A stretch of 64,000 nt of DNA from Chloroherpetonaceae bacterium (GCA_046292465.1 JBKBRB010000002.1:22063-86062); one strand, 5' to 3'. Positions 1-9,550 are shown, counted from the stretch's first letter. Notes: a model not told the origin generated them from the sequence alone. A program made the numbers and translations.

Positions 1-170
1 GGCGCAAGACGATTTCGGTAGGCTTGTCCGCGTGCCATGCGTTGCGAGACTTTCGGAACGGAGAGCGTGATTTTTCCTCTTAATTCTGCCGTTTGTCCAA
101 ACGCTATCGGAAGGTGTGAGAAGCATAATATCGTTAAGACGAGCGCAACCTGTAGAAAGTTCGTTTTCAT
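1..170 (-). CDS. Partial secreted protein (5' end only, runs off the window)
   Basis: Manual translation from ATG at 170 gives MKTNFLQVALVLTILCFSHLPIAFGQTAELRGKITLS..., a signal-peptide-like N-terminus. No stop before position 1. Confidence 0.6.
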   Translation of the reverse strand, partial: MKTNFLQVALVLTILCFSHLPIAFGQTAELRGKITLSVPKVSQRMARGQAYRNRLA

Positions 171-258
171 TTCTTACGTTTGCATTCTGTTATTAGGCTT
201 GTCTGCCATAGTTTGGCGATAAGTTTTGTAAGTTACGGCTTCAACAATTAAACTCACA

Positions 259-1533
259 ATGCCAGAAATCACCTCTTTTCACGGAATCACTTACAACCCT
301 GCTAAAATTTCCCGATTCGATGATGTGCTTTGCCCGCCCTACGATGTGATTTCTCCCGATATGCAAGATGAACTTTACGCCAAATCCGAGTTCAACGCTG
401 TGCGCTTGGAATTGCCGAAAGAAGAAAACAAGTATGACGCCGCCGCAGAACGGCTCAACACTTGGCTTTCCACTGGGGTGCTCGTGCAAGATTCAAAGGA
501 AGCAATTTATCCTTACCATCAAACTTTCACCACGAAAGACGGCAAAACCTACACGCGCAAAGGCTTCATCGCTCGATGCCGCTTGTATGAATTTGACAAA
601 GGCGTCGTGCTTCCGCACGAAAAAACGCTTTCAGGTCCGAAAAAAGACCGCCTGCAACTCTTCATCAAAACAGGCGCAAATATCAGTCCGATTTTCGGGC
701 TCTATGGCGATAAAGAAAAAATCGCGGACAAAGCCCTCGACGATTTCACGACGACACACGCGCCATTCATCGACGCGATGGATTACCAACACACACGCAA
801 CCTTGTTTGGCGGTGCAACGATAGCACCATCATCGAACAGGTCAAATCCGCTTTGCGCGATAAACAACTCTTCATTGCCGACGGACACCATCGCTACGAA
901 ACCGCCATCAACTACCGAAACCTGCGCATGTCCGAAAACCCCAATCACACGGGCAACGAGCCTTACAACTTCATCATGATGTTCATCACGAATATGTTTG
1001 ACGAAGGGCTTGTGGTTTTTCCGACGCATCGGCTTGTGCATCATCTTGAACGCTTCGACCTCGACAGTTTGCTCGAGAATCTCAATCCGTATTTCGGCAT
1101 TCAAGAACTTTCAGAGAAAAAGAAGTTGAAAGAGTTTCTCGCGCTCTATCCGCACGGCGCGTTTGGACTTGTGGCGAAGGATAAAATTTTCGGCATTCAT
1201 TTAGCGTCCGACCTCGATAAAGCCATTCCCGATGCTATGCCGAGAGAATTAAAATCGCTCGATGTGGTTTTGCTTCATCATCTCATCATCGGCAAAATGC
1301 TTGGCATTTCGCAAGAAGCGCAAGCCTTGCAAACGAATCTGAATTACTCCAAAGATTTTGACGAAGTGTTTGAGAAGGTTCAAAGCGGTGAGGCGCAACT
1401 TGGGTTTGTGATGAATCCGACGAGCGTTCAAGAGGTTGAAGCTGTTTCAAAAATCGGCGAAGTGATGCCGCAAAAGTCGACCTTTTTTTATCCGAAAGTG
1501 CTGACGGGCGTCGTGATTAATCGGATTGTTTGA
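259..1533 (+). CDS. DUF1015 family protein (ParB/Srx-like nucleotide-binding fold)
   Basis: PPYDVIS, PHEKTL, FIADGHHRYETA and C-terminal MPQKSTFFYPK are typical of DUF1015. Confidence 0.85.
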   Translation: MPEITSFHGITYNPAKISRFDDVLCPPYDVISPDMQDELYAKSEFNAVRLELPKEENKYDAAAERLNTWLSTGVLVQDSKEAIYPYHQTFTTKDGKTYTRKGFIARCRLYEFDKGVVLPHEKTLSGPKKDRLQLFIKTGANISPIFGLYGDKEKIADKALDDFTTTHAPFIDAMDYQHTRNLVWRCNDSTIIEQVKSALRDKQLFIADGHHRYETAINYRNLRMSENPNHTGNEPYNFIMMFITNMFDEGLVVFPTHRLVHHLERFDLDSLLENLNPYFGIQELSEKKKLKEFLALYPHGAFGLVAKDKIFGIHLASDLDKAIPDAMPRELKSLDVVLLHHLIIGKMLGISQEAQALQTNLNYSKDFDEVFEKVQSGEAQLGFVMNPTSVQEVEAVSKIGEVMPQKSTFFYPKVLTGVVINRIV

Positions 1534-1536
1534 TTT

Positions 1537-1564
1537 TTTTCACCATTCCCAAGGTGGTGAGAAA
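1537..1564. terminator. Hairpin/possible intrinsic terminator after the DUF1015 gene
   Basis: tttt-caccat-tcccaag-gtggtg-agaaa stem-loop directly after the stop at 1533. Confidence 0.4.
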
Positions 1565-1574
1565 TTCCTTTTGA

Positions 1575-1616
1575 GATGGAATACGGATAACGCCGATTCA
1601 ACAGGCTGATACAGAT
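1575..1616 (+). repeat. Solo arm of a ~9-nt periodic (..ACGGAT-like) intergenic repeat family
   Basis: gatggaatacggat-aacgccgat-tcaacaggc-tgatacagat matches the reverse complement of the right arm at 39391-39435 (gatggaacaccgat-tggacggat-tttgcagaa-aggacacagat). Confidence 0.55.
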
Positions 1617-1666
1617 GTGGCGCTTTGCTTCTCGTTACTCATTATTCAAATCTTCCTGCTCTGTTG

Positions 1667-1674
1667 TAACTTTG
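1667..1674 (+). promoter_or_regulatory. Bacteroidota-type -7 promoter box TAnnTTTG upstream of mlaE
   Basis: TAACTTTG about 27 nt before the ATG. The same motif recurs before several other genes in the window. Confidence 0.5.
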
Positions 1675-1700
1675 TGTTTTCAATTCATTAGGAACACCAA

Positions 1701-2498
1701 ATGTGGAAACTCGCTCAATCTTATTCAGCAACACTTGAAGAGAAACTCAAAGGCATTGTCTTTTCAATGCAAGATTTTCTATTCTTTTCGTTGCGCGCGT
1801 TTCGTGCGCTTGGTGCAAGTAAACGCTATTGGCGCGATGTGCTCGACCAAGCCTACATTTGCGGAACGGAGTCGCTTCCGATTTTGCTGGTGAGCGCGCT
1901 CTCGATTGGCTCGCTGATTGTGATTGAAGTCGGTCATCAACTTGCGGAGTTTGGCGCGAAAACGATGACGGGTCGGAGCGTTGCTCTTTCGGTGGTGCGT
2001 GAAATTAGCCCGTTAGTTGCGGGTTTGATGCTTGCCGCTCGCGTGGGCGCACGCAACAGTTCTGAACTTGGTGCGATGCAAATTTCCGAGCAAATCGATG
2101 CCCTTCGCGCCTTTGGCACCGACCCGATTGCTAAACTTGTTGTGCCACGCCTTGTCGCCTCGTTTTTGATGTTCGTTCCGCTTATTGCCCTTTGCGATAT
2201 TGTTGGTCTGATTAGCGGCGCATACCTTGCCGAGTGGGATTTGCATTTGGATAGAGGAATTTACTGGAACTCTGTCATAGACATTCTTCGTCCGATGGAT
2301 TGGCTGGTTGGTTTTTCAAAGCCGCCTGTTTTTGCGATTGGCATTTCGCTCATTAGTTGCTACACTGGCTTTAGCACAACAGGCGGAACGGCGGGCGTCG
2401 GCAAGAGCACCATTAAAGGAATCGTATATTCTTCCGCTTTTGTTTTAGTGATGAATTTTTATCTCTCTAAGGTCATTTTGGATTTCATGCGTGGTTAA
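1701..2498 (+). CDS. mlaE: MlaE-family ABC permease
   Basis: VVREISPLVAGLMLAARVGA..SELGAMQISEQIDAL..GTDPIAKLVVPR; GVGKST near the C-terminus. Confidence 0.9.
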   Translation: MWKLAQSYSATLEEKLKGIVFSMQDFLFFSLRAFRALGASKRYWRDVLDQAYICGTESLPILLVSALSIGSLIVIEVGHQLAEFGAKTMTGRSVALSVVREISPLVAGLMLAARVGARNSSELGAMQISEQIDALRAFGTDPIAKLVVPRLVASFLMFVPLIALCDIVGLISGAYLAEWDLHLDRGIYWNSVIDILRPMDWLVGFSKPPVFAIGISLISCYTGFSTTGGTAGVGKSTIKGIVYSSAFVLVMNFYLSKVILDFMRG

Positions 2499-2513
2499 TC
2501 GAGCGCTTTCACC

Positions 2514-3242
2514 ATGATTGAACTTCGTAATGTTTCGCTTCGCTACGGCGCACGCGAGATTTTGAACAACATATCCCTTACGATTGAAGATAAAAAGGTC
2601 AAAGCGATTTTAGGACCGTCAGGCGTAGGCAAAAGCACAATTATCAAATTGATGCTGGGCTTGATTAAACCAACATCCGGTCAAGTGCTTGTCGATGGCG
2701 TCGATATTACCCATTTCAGCGAAGTTGAGTTATTTCCGATTCGTCAGAAAATGGGCATTGTCTTTCAAGGCAACGCTCTTTTTGACTCTATGACGATTAC
2801 GGAAAATATGAGTTTCTTTTTGCGCGAGAACTTGAACTTACCTGAAGCGGAAATTGAGGCGCGCGTCAAAGAACAGATGAAGTTTGCAGGCTTGGAAGGC
2901 TTTGAAAACTACTTACCTGACAGTTTATCGGGCGGCATGAAAAAGCGCGTTGCAATTGGTCGCGCGCTCATCTTTCACCCTAAAATGATTCTTTTTGACG
3001 AACCGACGGCAGGGCTCGACCCAGTTAGTTCCAAAAAAATTCTAGATTTAATCACGCGACTTCAACGCGAAATCGGACTTGGGGCTGTGATTGTTACCCA
3101 CATTTTAAGCGATGTGTTCGCCGTTGCTGATTCAGTTGCTGTTCTCTATCAAGGCAAAATCATTTTCAATGACGTACCTCAAAAACTTTACGAGTCAACA
3201 CATTCATTCATCACATCATTTCTATCTAACCAAGAGGATTAA
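2514..3242 (+). CDS. mlaF: MlaF-family ABC ATPase
   Basis: Walker A GPSGVGKS, FQGNALFDSMT, signature LSGGMKKRV, Walker B ILFDEPTAGLDP. Confidence 0.9.
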   Translation: MIELRNVSLRYGAREILNNISLTIEDKKVKAILGPSGVGKSTIIKLMLGLIKPTSGQVLVDGVDITHFSEVELFPIRQKMGIVFQGNALFDSMTITENMSFFLRENLNLPEAEIEARVKEQMKFAGLEGFENYLPDSLSGGMKKRVAIGRALIFHPKMILFDEPTAGLDPVSSKKILDLITRLQREIGLGAVIVTHILSDVFAVADSVAVLYQGKIIFNDVPQKLYESTHSFITSFLSNQED

Positions 3243-3256
3243 CTTCACACTTATCA

Positions 3257-4198
3257 ATGTCATCTTCACGCGGGAATCTTAAATGGAGTGACCTTCGCAC
3301 AGGACTTATCTTTGTTATCGGGCTGATTACGGCTGGCGTTCTGCTTCTTATTGTTGGCAAGAACAGTCCTGTCATCAACAGGTTTATTGACCTTAAAATT
3401 TTCGTGCAGGATATTGAAGGGCTTGCCGAAAATAACTTTGTAGCAATTTCCGGCAAGAAAGTCGGAACCGTTCAAGCCATGACAATTAAGGAGCGAAACG
3501 ACACAATTGGTGTAGAAGTAGTCATGAGTGTGCGTGCCGAGTTTCAGAAGGTGATTACCAAAGATTCAAAAGCCAAAATCAAACCCCTTGGCGTTTTGGG
3601 CGATAAATACGTCGACATCACGCTCGGCAGTGGCGAGTATGTTTCTGACGGCGACTTTTTGGCTGTTGAGAAAGATTTAGGGCTTGCTGACCTTACCACC
3701 GAGGGCGTTAAACTGATTCGCAGTTTGAATGAAACGCTCGATAAAATCAATCGCGGAGAAGGCACGCTCGGCAAACTTATCACATCGTCAGAACTTGTCG
3801 ATAAACTCACGCGCACCGTCGAGAACCTAGAACGCGTTTCAGCCTCGCTTGCGTCTAAACAAGGATTAGCTGGACGCTTGATAAACGATTCTGAACTTGC
3901 CAATCGATTCACCCGAATTGTACAAGACCTAGAATTCATCACAGCGTCACTTCGCGACGGCAAAGGCTCAATGGGCAAACTTTTGGTCGATGAATCGTTT
4001 TATGACAACTTAAACACCACCACAAAGCGTCTGGACTCTTTAGTCTTTCGTCTGCAAAATCCATTGGGCACGCTTGGGAAATTGACCACCGATTCTCTGC
4101 TTTATCACAACCTCAACCGCTCTTCGGCTGCGCTTGATTCGCTCTTACGTGACTTAAAAACAAACCCAAATCGCTACATCAATGTGCGCGTGTTTTAG
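3257..4198 (+). CDS. mlaD: MlaD/MCE-domain protein with long helical C-terminus
   Basis: N-terminal TM helix, GL..V.ISGKKVGTV, GVLGDKYVDI, repeated G.GTLGKL units, end DLKTNPNRYINVRVF. Confidence 0.88.
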   Translation: MSSSRGNLKWSDLRTGLIFVIGLITAGVLLLIVGKNSPVINRFIDLKIFVQDIEGLAENNFVAISGKKVGTVQAMTIKERNDTIGVEVVMSVRAEFQKVITKDSKAKIKPLGVLGDKYVDITLGSGEYVSDGDFLAVEKDLGLADLTTEGVKLIRSLNETLDKINRGEGTLGKLITSSELVDKLTRTVENLERVSASLASKQGLAGRLINDSELANRFTRIVQDLEFITASLRDGKGSMGKLLVDESFYDNLNTTTKRLDSLVFRLQNPLGTLGKLTTDSLLYHNLNRSSAALDSLLRDLKTNPNRYINVRVF

Positions 4199-4227
4199 GT
4201 CTGCACACTCCTTACGCGTGCAGACCT
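4197..4227. terminator. Hairpin between convergent genes
   Basis: aggtctgcac ... gtgcagacct is a perfect 10-bp inverted repeat between mlaD and the 73-aa ORF. Confidence 0.55.
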
Positions 4228-4240
4228 TAACTTAGCTCAA

Positions 4241-4462
4241 TTACTTTTTGTAGACGATTTTGCGAATCGTGTCGAACTGCAAATAGGGATACTCGCGCTG
4301 CACATACTCAATAGCATCGGCGGCAGACATGCGCCGCTCGCGCGCATCTTTGAAAATTTGTCGAATGTGGTAGTCGCGAAGTTGCTTTTCGTCGAGCAAT
4401 CGGTGAGCACGCAGTTTCGAGAGGATTTCGTCAGGAACGAATTCACGGATTGGGTTTCGCAT
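4241..4462 (-). CDS. Small hypothetical protein, possibly helical DNA-binding
   Basis: 73 aa with AGGAG upstream; RDYHIRQIF and YPYLQFDTIRKIVY look like conserved helical segments. Confidence 0.7.
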   Translation of the reverse strand: MRNPIREFVPDEILSKLRAHRLLDEKQLRDYHIRQIFKDARERRMSAADAIEYVQREYPYLQFDTIRKIVYKK

Positions 4463-4674
4463 CTTTTTCTCCTGTTAGATTTCAGTTGATAATGATTGTT
4501 AAAGGAATCGGCGCATGCATAACCGCTCGCCGTAATGTTCAAAGCATTATCACTTGTTTGATGCGATGTTCTCCGTTTTAGTTGGGTTAAACTTTAGTCA
4601 GGTGAATATAGAACGACCGCTTTATATTTGCAACTACTTTAAGCAAACAAGACCGCATTTTCGGTATCACGCTC

Positions 4675-5673
4675 ATGAACAAAAAAAATCTTCAACATCT
4701 TTTCCGCAGTTTTGAACACAAGCGTATTGCTGTTATCGGTGATGTCATGTTAGATAAATACATCTTCGGCAAGGTCGAGCGGATTTCACCTGAAGCCCCT
4801 GTTCCTGTGATTGATGTTTCGTCGCAAAGTTATCGGTTAGGTGGCGCGGCAAATGTTGCTACAAACCTTCGCTCGCTTGGCGCAACGGCGTTGCTTTTCG
4901 GTGTGATTGGCGATGACGACGATGGTAAAATCCTTGCTTCGCAATTAAATCAAGAATTTCTTTCCGCTGATTTTCTTGTTACCGAACATGTGCGCCCAAC
5001 AACGGCGAAAACGCGCGTCATTGCTCAAAATCATCACATTGTTCGTATCGACTCTGAAACGCGCAAATCTATCTCGCGCACAACCGAACACACACTTCTC
5101 TCGCTTCTCTCTGAACATCTTCACACACTCGATGCAATCATTCTTGAAGATTACAACAAGGGGGTGCTCACCGCCTCGCTTATCAAAAAAGTTATTGCGT
5201 TTGCTCAACAGCATGACATTCCTATCACCGTAGACCCGAAAAAAGATAATTTTTTTGAATACAAACATGTTACCGTCTTTAAGCCCAACCTCAAAGAAAT
5301 TTCTGACGCTTTTGGACGCAAGTTCTCAAATAGCGATAGCGATGCTACACTCGCCTGCCAGATGCTTCAGAAGAAAATTAAAGCCGAAAACATCGTTCTG
5401 ACGCGTAGCGAAAAAGGCATGACCGTTTTCAATGGCACAGCAGAACATATTCCTTCGATGGCGTTAGATGTGGCAGATGTTTCAGGTGCTGGCGATACAG
5501 TCATTGCAACGCTAACGGTCGCCCTTTCAGCGGGGTTAGATGCCGTAACCGCCGCAAAAGTTGCCAACCTTGCCGCTGGTATCGTATGCGCTGAAGTCGG
5601 TGCCGTCGCTGTGGATAAACACAAATTGCTTTCGGCTTGCACAGGCTATTTTAGTTCAGAGCCTACTTCTTGA
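4675..5673 (+). CDS. rfaE1: D-glycero-beta-D-manno-heptose-7-phosphate kinase (RfaE/HldE kinase domain)
   Basis: IGDVMLDKY..GKVERISPEAPVPV, LGGAANVA, DYNKGVL, PfkB motif DVSGAGDTV. Confidence 0.9.
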   Translation: MNKKNLQHLFRSFEHKRIAVIGDVMLDKYIFGKVERISPEAPVPVIDVSSQSYRLGGAANVATNLRSLGATALLFGVIGDDDDGKILASQLNQEFLSADFLVTEHVRPTTAKTRVIAQNHHIVRIDSETRKSISRTTEHTLLSLLSEHLHTLDAIILEDYNKGVLTASLIKKVIAFAQQHDIPITVDPKKDNFFEYKHVTVFKPNLKEISDAFGRKFSNSDSDATLACQMLQKKIKAENIVLTRSEKGMTVFNGTAEHIPSMALDVADVSGAGDTVIATLTVALSAGLDAVTAAKVANLAAGIVCAEVGAVAVDKHKLLSACTGYFSSEPTS

Positions 5674-6544
5674 TTTTGAAGTTGAACGGTATCACGATAG
5701 CCCCTGCAACGGTTTTGCCGCCTGAAATTTTCGCAGGTTTGAATTCTGTATCTTCGGTCAGAACGCGCATGACTTCGGCATCGAGAATCGGATTGATGCT
5801 TTTGAGGAAGTTGACTTTCACGATATTGCCTTGCTTATCGACGAAAACCTGAGCAACGACTTTTCCCTCCACACCTGCTTTTAGGGCAAGGTCGGGATAC
5901 TTGATGTTTTTGTAAATCTGTTCAACGCCACCAACAATGCTAACATTGCTCTCAAGCGTTGCCACTTGCTCTATATCGTCGGCGTTAAGGTTTTCTTCGG
6001 TCAAACTGATTAGCTCTTCTGCTCCTTTGTCGTCTTCGTCATTGTCGCTTTTGAGTTGAGAGATAATCTCCTTTTGCATCTCTGGCGATTCCTCTACAGC
6101 CACGACTTCAACCGTCTCCTTTTTCTTGGCGACTGGCACTGTTTTCTTCACTGCTGTCGATGTAGATCTCTTTGTTTCGGCGACCGCGAGATTTTCTTCT
6201 ACTTCTCCCACGCCTAACTTCACATCAACACGTGTAATTGAATTTGCAACAACTGACAGTTCAGAGTTCCACGCGCTATACCCACGCTTGTATGTTCTAA
6301 TTTTGTAGTTTTCAGGTGGAACATTCAAGAAGGTATAGTAGCCCTGTGCATTAGAGACCGCCGCCTGCGTAACACTTGCCGATGTGATGTAGATTGTTGC
6401 GCCCGCCACTGGTTTGCCAGAACTATCTAACACTCGCCCCATCAGGCGTCCTTGCTGACCGAGCGCTTCATCGAGTACAGTGCAAAGCATCATCGCTGTT
6501 AGTGCCGCCCATAACAGCCGTGATAAAAGGTGAGCCTTTCTCAT
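5663..6544 (-). CDS. TonB C-terminal domain protein with N-terminal carboxypeptidase-regulatory-like domain
   Basis: Signal peptide; GRVLDSSGKPVAGATI..GYYTFLNVPP (CarboxypepD_reg-like); IKYPDLALKAGVEGKVVAQVFVDKQG..IVIPFNFKI (TonB_C). Confidence 0.8.
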   Translation of the reverse strand: MRKAHLLSRLLWAALTAMMLCTVLDEALGQQGRLMGRVLDSSGKPVAGATIYITSASVTQAAVSNAQGYYTFLNVPPENYKIRTYKRGYSAWNSELSVVANSITRVDVKLGVGEVEENLAVAETKRSTSTAVKKTVPVAKKKETVEVVAVEESPEMQKEIISQLKSDNDEDDKGAEELISLTEENLNADDIEQVATLESNVSIVGGVEQIYKNIKYPDLALKAGVEGKVVAQVFVDKQGNIVKVNFLKSINPILDAEVMRVLTEDTEFKPAKISGGKTVAGAIVIPFNFKIKK

Positions 6545-6634
6545 TGTCGAACAACTTTAAAATGCTGTGGTAAAGCTCCATCGACTTTGCTCTCCATCGA
6601 TCTTCGCTTTACCGTGTTCCAAATTGCAGGAAAG

Positions 6635-8281
6635 TTATCTTCCGCTTGTCAGATTTGCAAGTGTGTTTGCTTTCGGAAACAAATCAAGGGCTTCTTTGAG
6701 AACAGCATCTTCTAAGATTAGAATTGATGTTTGCGCCTTATAGCCCCAGATTTGCCTTGCTATTGTGGCTTTGACCATGTTTTTGAAATAGCGTTCGTCT
6801 TGTTTGTAGTCGCGCTCGTTGTAAGGCACGCCTTTTTGTTCTGCAAGTGCAATCAGCGCTTGCATCATAGATTCAGAGACGACAAAGTTTTTTCGGAAGT
6901 CTTCTACTTTTTCGTAGGTCTGTTTGAGCGATTTGTTTTGGTCGAGATAGGCTAAGGCAAATTCATCAAAGAGTTGCTTAGAGAGCATTTGGCGGTAGTA
7001 GCGCGTGAGCGTATCGTTCCAGCAGAAGTAATCAGGAATAATGCCGCCGCCGCCCAGCACCACACGCCCAAGCGGGGTTCGAAAGACCTCGTGAGTTGAA
7101 TCGCGCTCGACAAACGAGGCGGCTTCGATAGGCTTTCGGGTTATGCTCCATTGTTTTTTAGCTTCGCTTTCAAAGAAATGTTCGTCTTTATCGCGCTCGG
7201 AAAGTTCGTTGTAGTAATCTTCTCTGCCACGTTTTCCGCTTCCATACTTACGCTGAATCAGCCGCCCTGATGGCGTGTAATACTTTGAAATCGTTACGCG
7301 AATTGCCGATGAATCGGCCAATTCGAACTGCCGTTGCACAAGTCCTTTTCCAAACGAGGTTTCGCCGACAATAAGTGCTCGGTCGTAATCTTGCAACGCG
7401 CCAGCCACAATCTCCGATGCCGATGCACTGCCACGATTGATGAGCACCACAACCGATTCTTTCTCGAACATATCGTTCGGTTTTGAAAAGAAATCTTCGT
7501 CTTTGACATGCGCGCCACGCGTGTAGACGAGTTTTTTCATTCCGCCGATAAATTCGTCCGCAACTTTAATCGCTTGGTCTAAGTAGCCACCCGGATTGCC
7601 ACGCAAATCCAGAACCAGTTGTGTCATGCCTTGCGCTTTGAGTGATTTCATGGCGTCTATGAACTCGTCGTAGGTGGTTTGCACGAAGCGGTCGAGTTTG
7701 ATGTAACCTGTCTTCTCGTCGAGCATCATCGCTGCGCCCACGCTGTATGTCGGAATTTTATCGCGCGTAATCGTAAAGTTCAGCGGTATCGGTTCGCCTT
7801 GACGAACGACTTTCACGCTGACTTTTGTGCCTTTTGGACCGCGCAACTTTTTGATGACCTCGTCTCGCGTAATTCCGACTGCGCTTGAATCGTCAATCGT
7901 GATGATTCGGTCGCCAGATTGAAGTCCAATTTTTTCGCTCGGTCCGCCCGCAATTGGCGTTACAACAATGAGCGTATCAGCGATGACATCGAACTCTATG
8001 CCAATGCCTTCGAAATTGCCTTGAAATTCCTCTTTGGACTTGCGCACTTGTGCTGGCGTCATATAAACAGAGTGCGGGTCTAATTGCTCCAAAATCCCTT
8101 TAATTGCGCTTTCGGAAAGTTGCGCATCGTCGACCTTATCGACATAGTTTTTCTTGACAATTGAGATTACTTGTCCGATTTTCGCCACCGAATCCACACC
8201 ACTAAACTGCAACTTGCTCCCAACAATGAGACCGAAAATGATTGCTCCTGCAATTAATAAAGCCCCCACAACGACTCTCAT
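6635..8281 (-). CDS. ctpA: S41 carboxyl-terminal processing protease with PDZ domain
   Basis: LDPHSVY, FEGIGIEF (PDZ), DLRGNPGGYL, catalytic SASASEIVAGALQD, SFGKGLVQ, YYTPSGRLIQ. Confidence 0.92.
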   Translation of the reverse strand: MRVVVGALLIAGAIIFGLIVGSKLQFSGVDSVAKIGQVISIVKKNYVDKVDDAQLSESAIKGILEQLDPHSVYMTPAQVRKSKEEFQGNFEGIGIEFDVIADTLIVVTPIAGGPSEKIGLQSGDRIITIDDSSAVGITRDEVIKKLRGPKGTKVSVKVVRQGEPIPLNFTITRDKIPTYSVGAAMMLDEKTGYIKLDRFVQTTYDEFIDAMKSLKAQGMTQLVLDLRGNPGGYLDQAIKVADEFIGGMKKLVYTRGAHVKDEDFFSKPNDMFEKESVVVLINRGSASASEIVAGALQDYDRALIVGETSFGKGLVQRQFELADSSAIRVTISKYYTPSGRLIQRKYGSGKRGREDYYNELSERDKDEHFFESEAKKQWSITRKPIEAASFVERDSTHEVFRTPLGRVVLGGGGIIPDYFCWNDTLTRYYRQMLSKQLFDEFALAYLDQNKSLKQTYEKVEDFRKNFVVSESMMQALIALAEQKGVPYNERDYKQDERYFKNMVKATIARQIWGYKAQTSILILEDAVLKEALDLFPKANTLANLTSGR

Positions 8282-8425
8282 GTGTGATAAAATTGGAGTT
8301 AAAAATCTTAACAGAATCTCCCAGAACCGAATCTACACGGATTTTGCCCCAAAAAACAAAGCGTCCCGAAGAACATTTCGGAACGCCTTGCTCTAAACCA
8401 GAAACAACCATGAAAACGAAAAACT

Positions 8426-8938
8426 TTACTTCTTATCGCTCAGCGTTTTGGTCAGTTGCTCGTCAAGAAGTGCGCTGAAATTATCATCGAAGATATTGGA
8501 GAGATCGACCTCGACTTCTTCGGAGGCAATCACTTCCAAGAGTTTGGCTTTGGCTTGCTTGGAGTAGATACGAATCGTTCCAGGCGGAATTGAAGCCTTA
8601 AAAATAATTTCCAGCAAATACTTTTCGTTCAGGCTAATAAGGTAGATGCTGCGCGATTCGCCTTCGTGAAACAGCACTTCAAACGACGCCTTTTCACCAA
8701 TTTGCTTTGCCATTTCGGCAGTGGCAACGAAGTTTGACGCGGCAAGCACGCTGAAAATCTCGAGGTCTCGGTCTAACAGTCCCCCATACTTTGCCAAAAT
8801 TTGCCCCGTCATATCGCCGAGAATAACTGCGGAAGAACCTGTTTTCGCTGCAAACTCTTTCAAAATTTTTTCAGCTGCGCTGATCTGGGTTTCAGTCAAC
8901 ACAACTTTTCTAAATTCATCTCTTCCCGTAGCGCTCAT
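8426..8938 (-). CDS. Roadblock/LC7 (MglB-like) protein with acidic C-terminal tail
   Basis: AVILGDMTGQIL..LAASNFVATAEMAKQIGEKASFEVLFHEGE..SIY resembles MglB. Confidence 0.8.
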   Translation of the reverse strand: MSATGRDEFRKVVLTETQISAAEKILKEFAAKTGSSAVILGDMTGQILAKYGGLLDRDLEIFSVLAASNFVATAEMAKQIGEKASFEVLFHEGESRSIYLISLNEKYLLEIIFKASIPPGTIRIYSKQAKAKLLEVIASEEVEVDLSNIFDDNFSALLDEQLTKTLSDKK

Positions 8939-8957
8939 GTTTGTTAGGTTTTAGGAC

Positions 8958-9317
8958 TTAAAGTTGTTTTTGTATTTCGGGAACAAATTTTGACACTTGA
9001 TACCGAATGTTTCCAAGCATGACATTTTGGTCAGCAATCACAGTTAAGATAATGTTTCCATCGGGGAAAATTCTCGAGAGGATAATTCCGTTTTCATACT
9101 CGACCATGCTTTGCTCGACCTTTCCGACATTAAGTTCATTGCCGATGCTTTCGGAGCTGTGCAAACCCCCAATCACGATAGCACCGACCGTTTCCATATC
9201 CACCTTACCGTTGCGTGTTTTTTGCTCAATGATAAAGCCATCTCGTCCGATAAGTGCCACCGCCTTTACGCCATCCACTTTGACAAGATTGCCGAGCAAA
9301 TCCGATATTTCGGGCAT
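8958..9317 (-). CDS. Roadblock/LC7 domain protein
   Basis: VDGVKAVALIGRDGFIIE..IGNELNVG..QSMVEYENG..LGNIRY. Confidence 0.85.
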   Translation of the reverse strand: MPEISDLLGNLVKVDGVKAVALIGRDGFIIEQKTRNGKVDMETVGAIVIGGLHSSESIGNELNVGKVEQSMVEYENGIILSRIFPDGNIILTVIADQNVMLGNIRYQVSKFVPEIQKQL

Positions 9318-9550
9318 ATAACGTTACCGTATTGAGTGAACTTAAAATTCTTATGGTTACCGAATTAACGAGGTTGCTAATTTACTACTTGCAACTGTGT
9401 AGCTACATTTGTAATGCAATTTGGCTTCCAAAATATATCGGATTGCAGTAAATTTACAAAACTTCAAAGCATGCTTGCTTTTGTTAAGTTTCTTTTAACT
9501 GCTCATTCAATCGTTACGCTTTCACTCGAGTTTATGATGATTTTGAGTAT

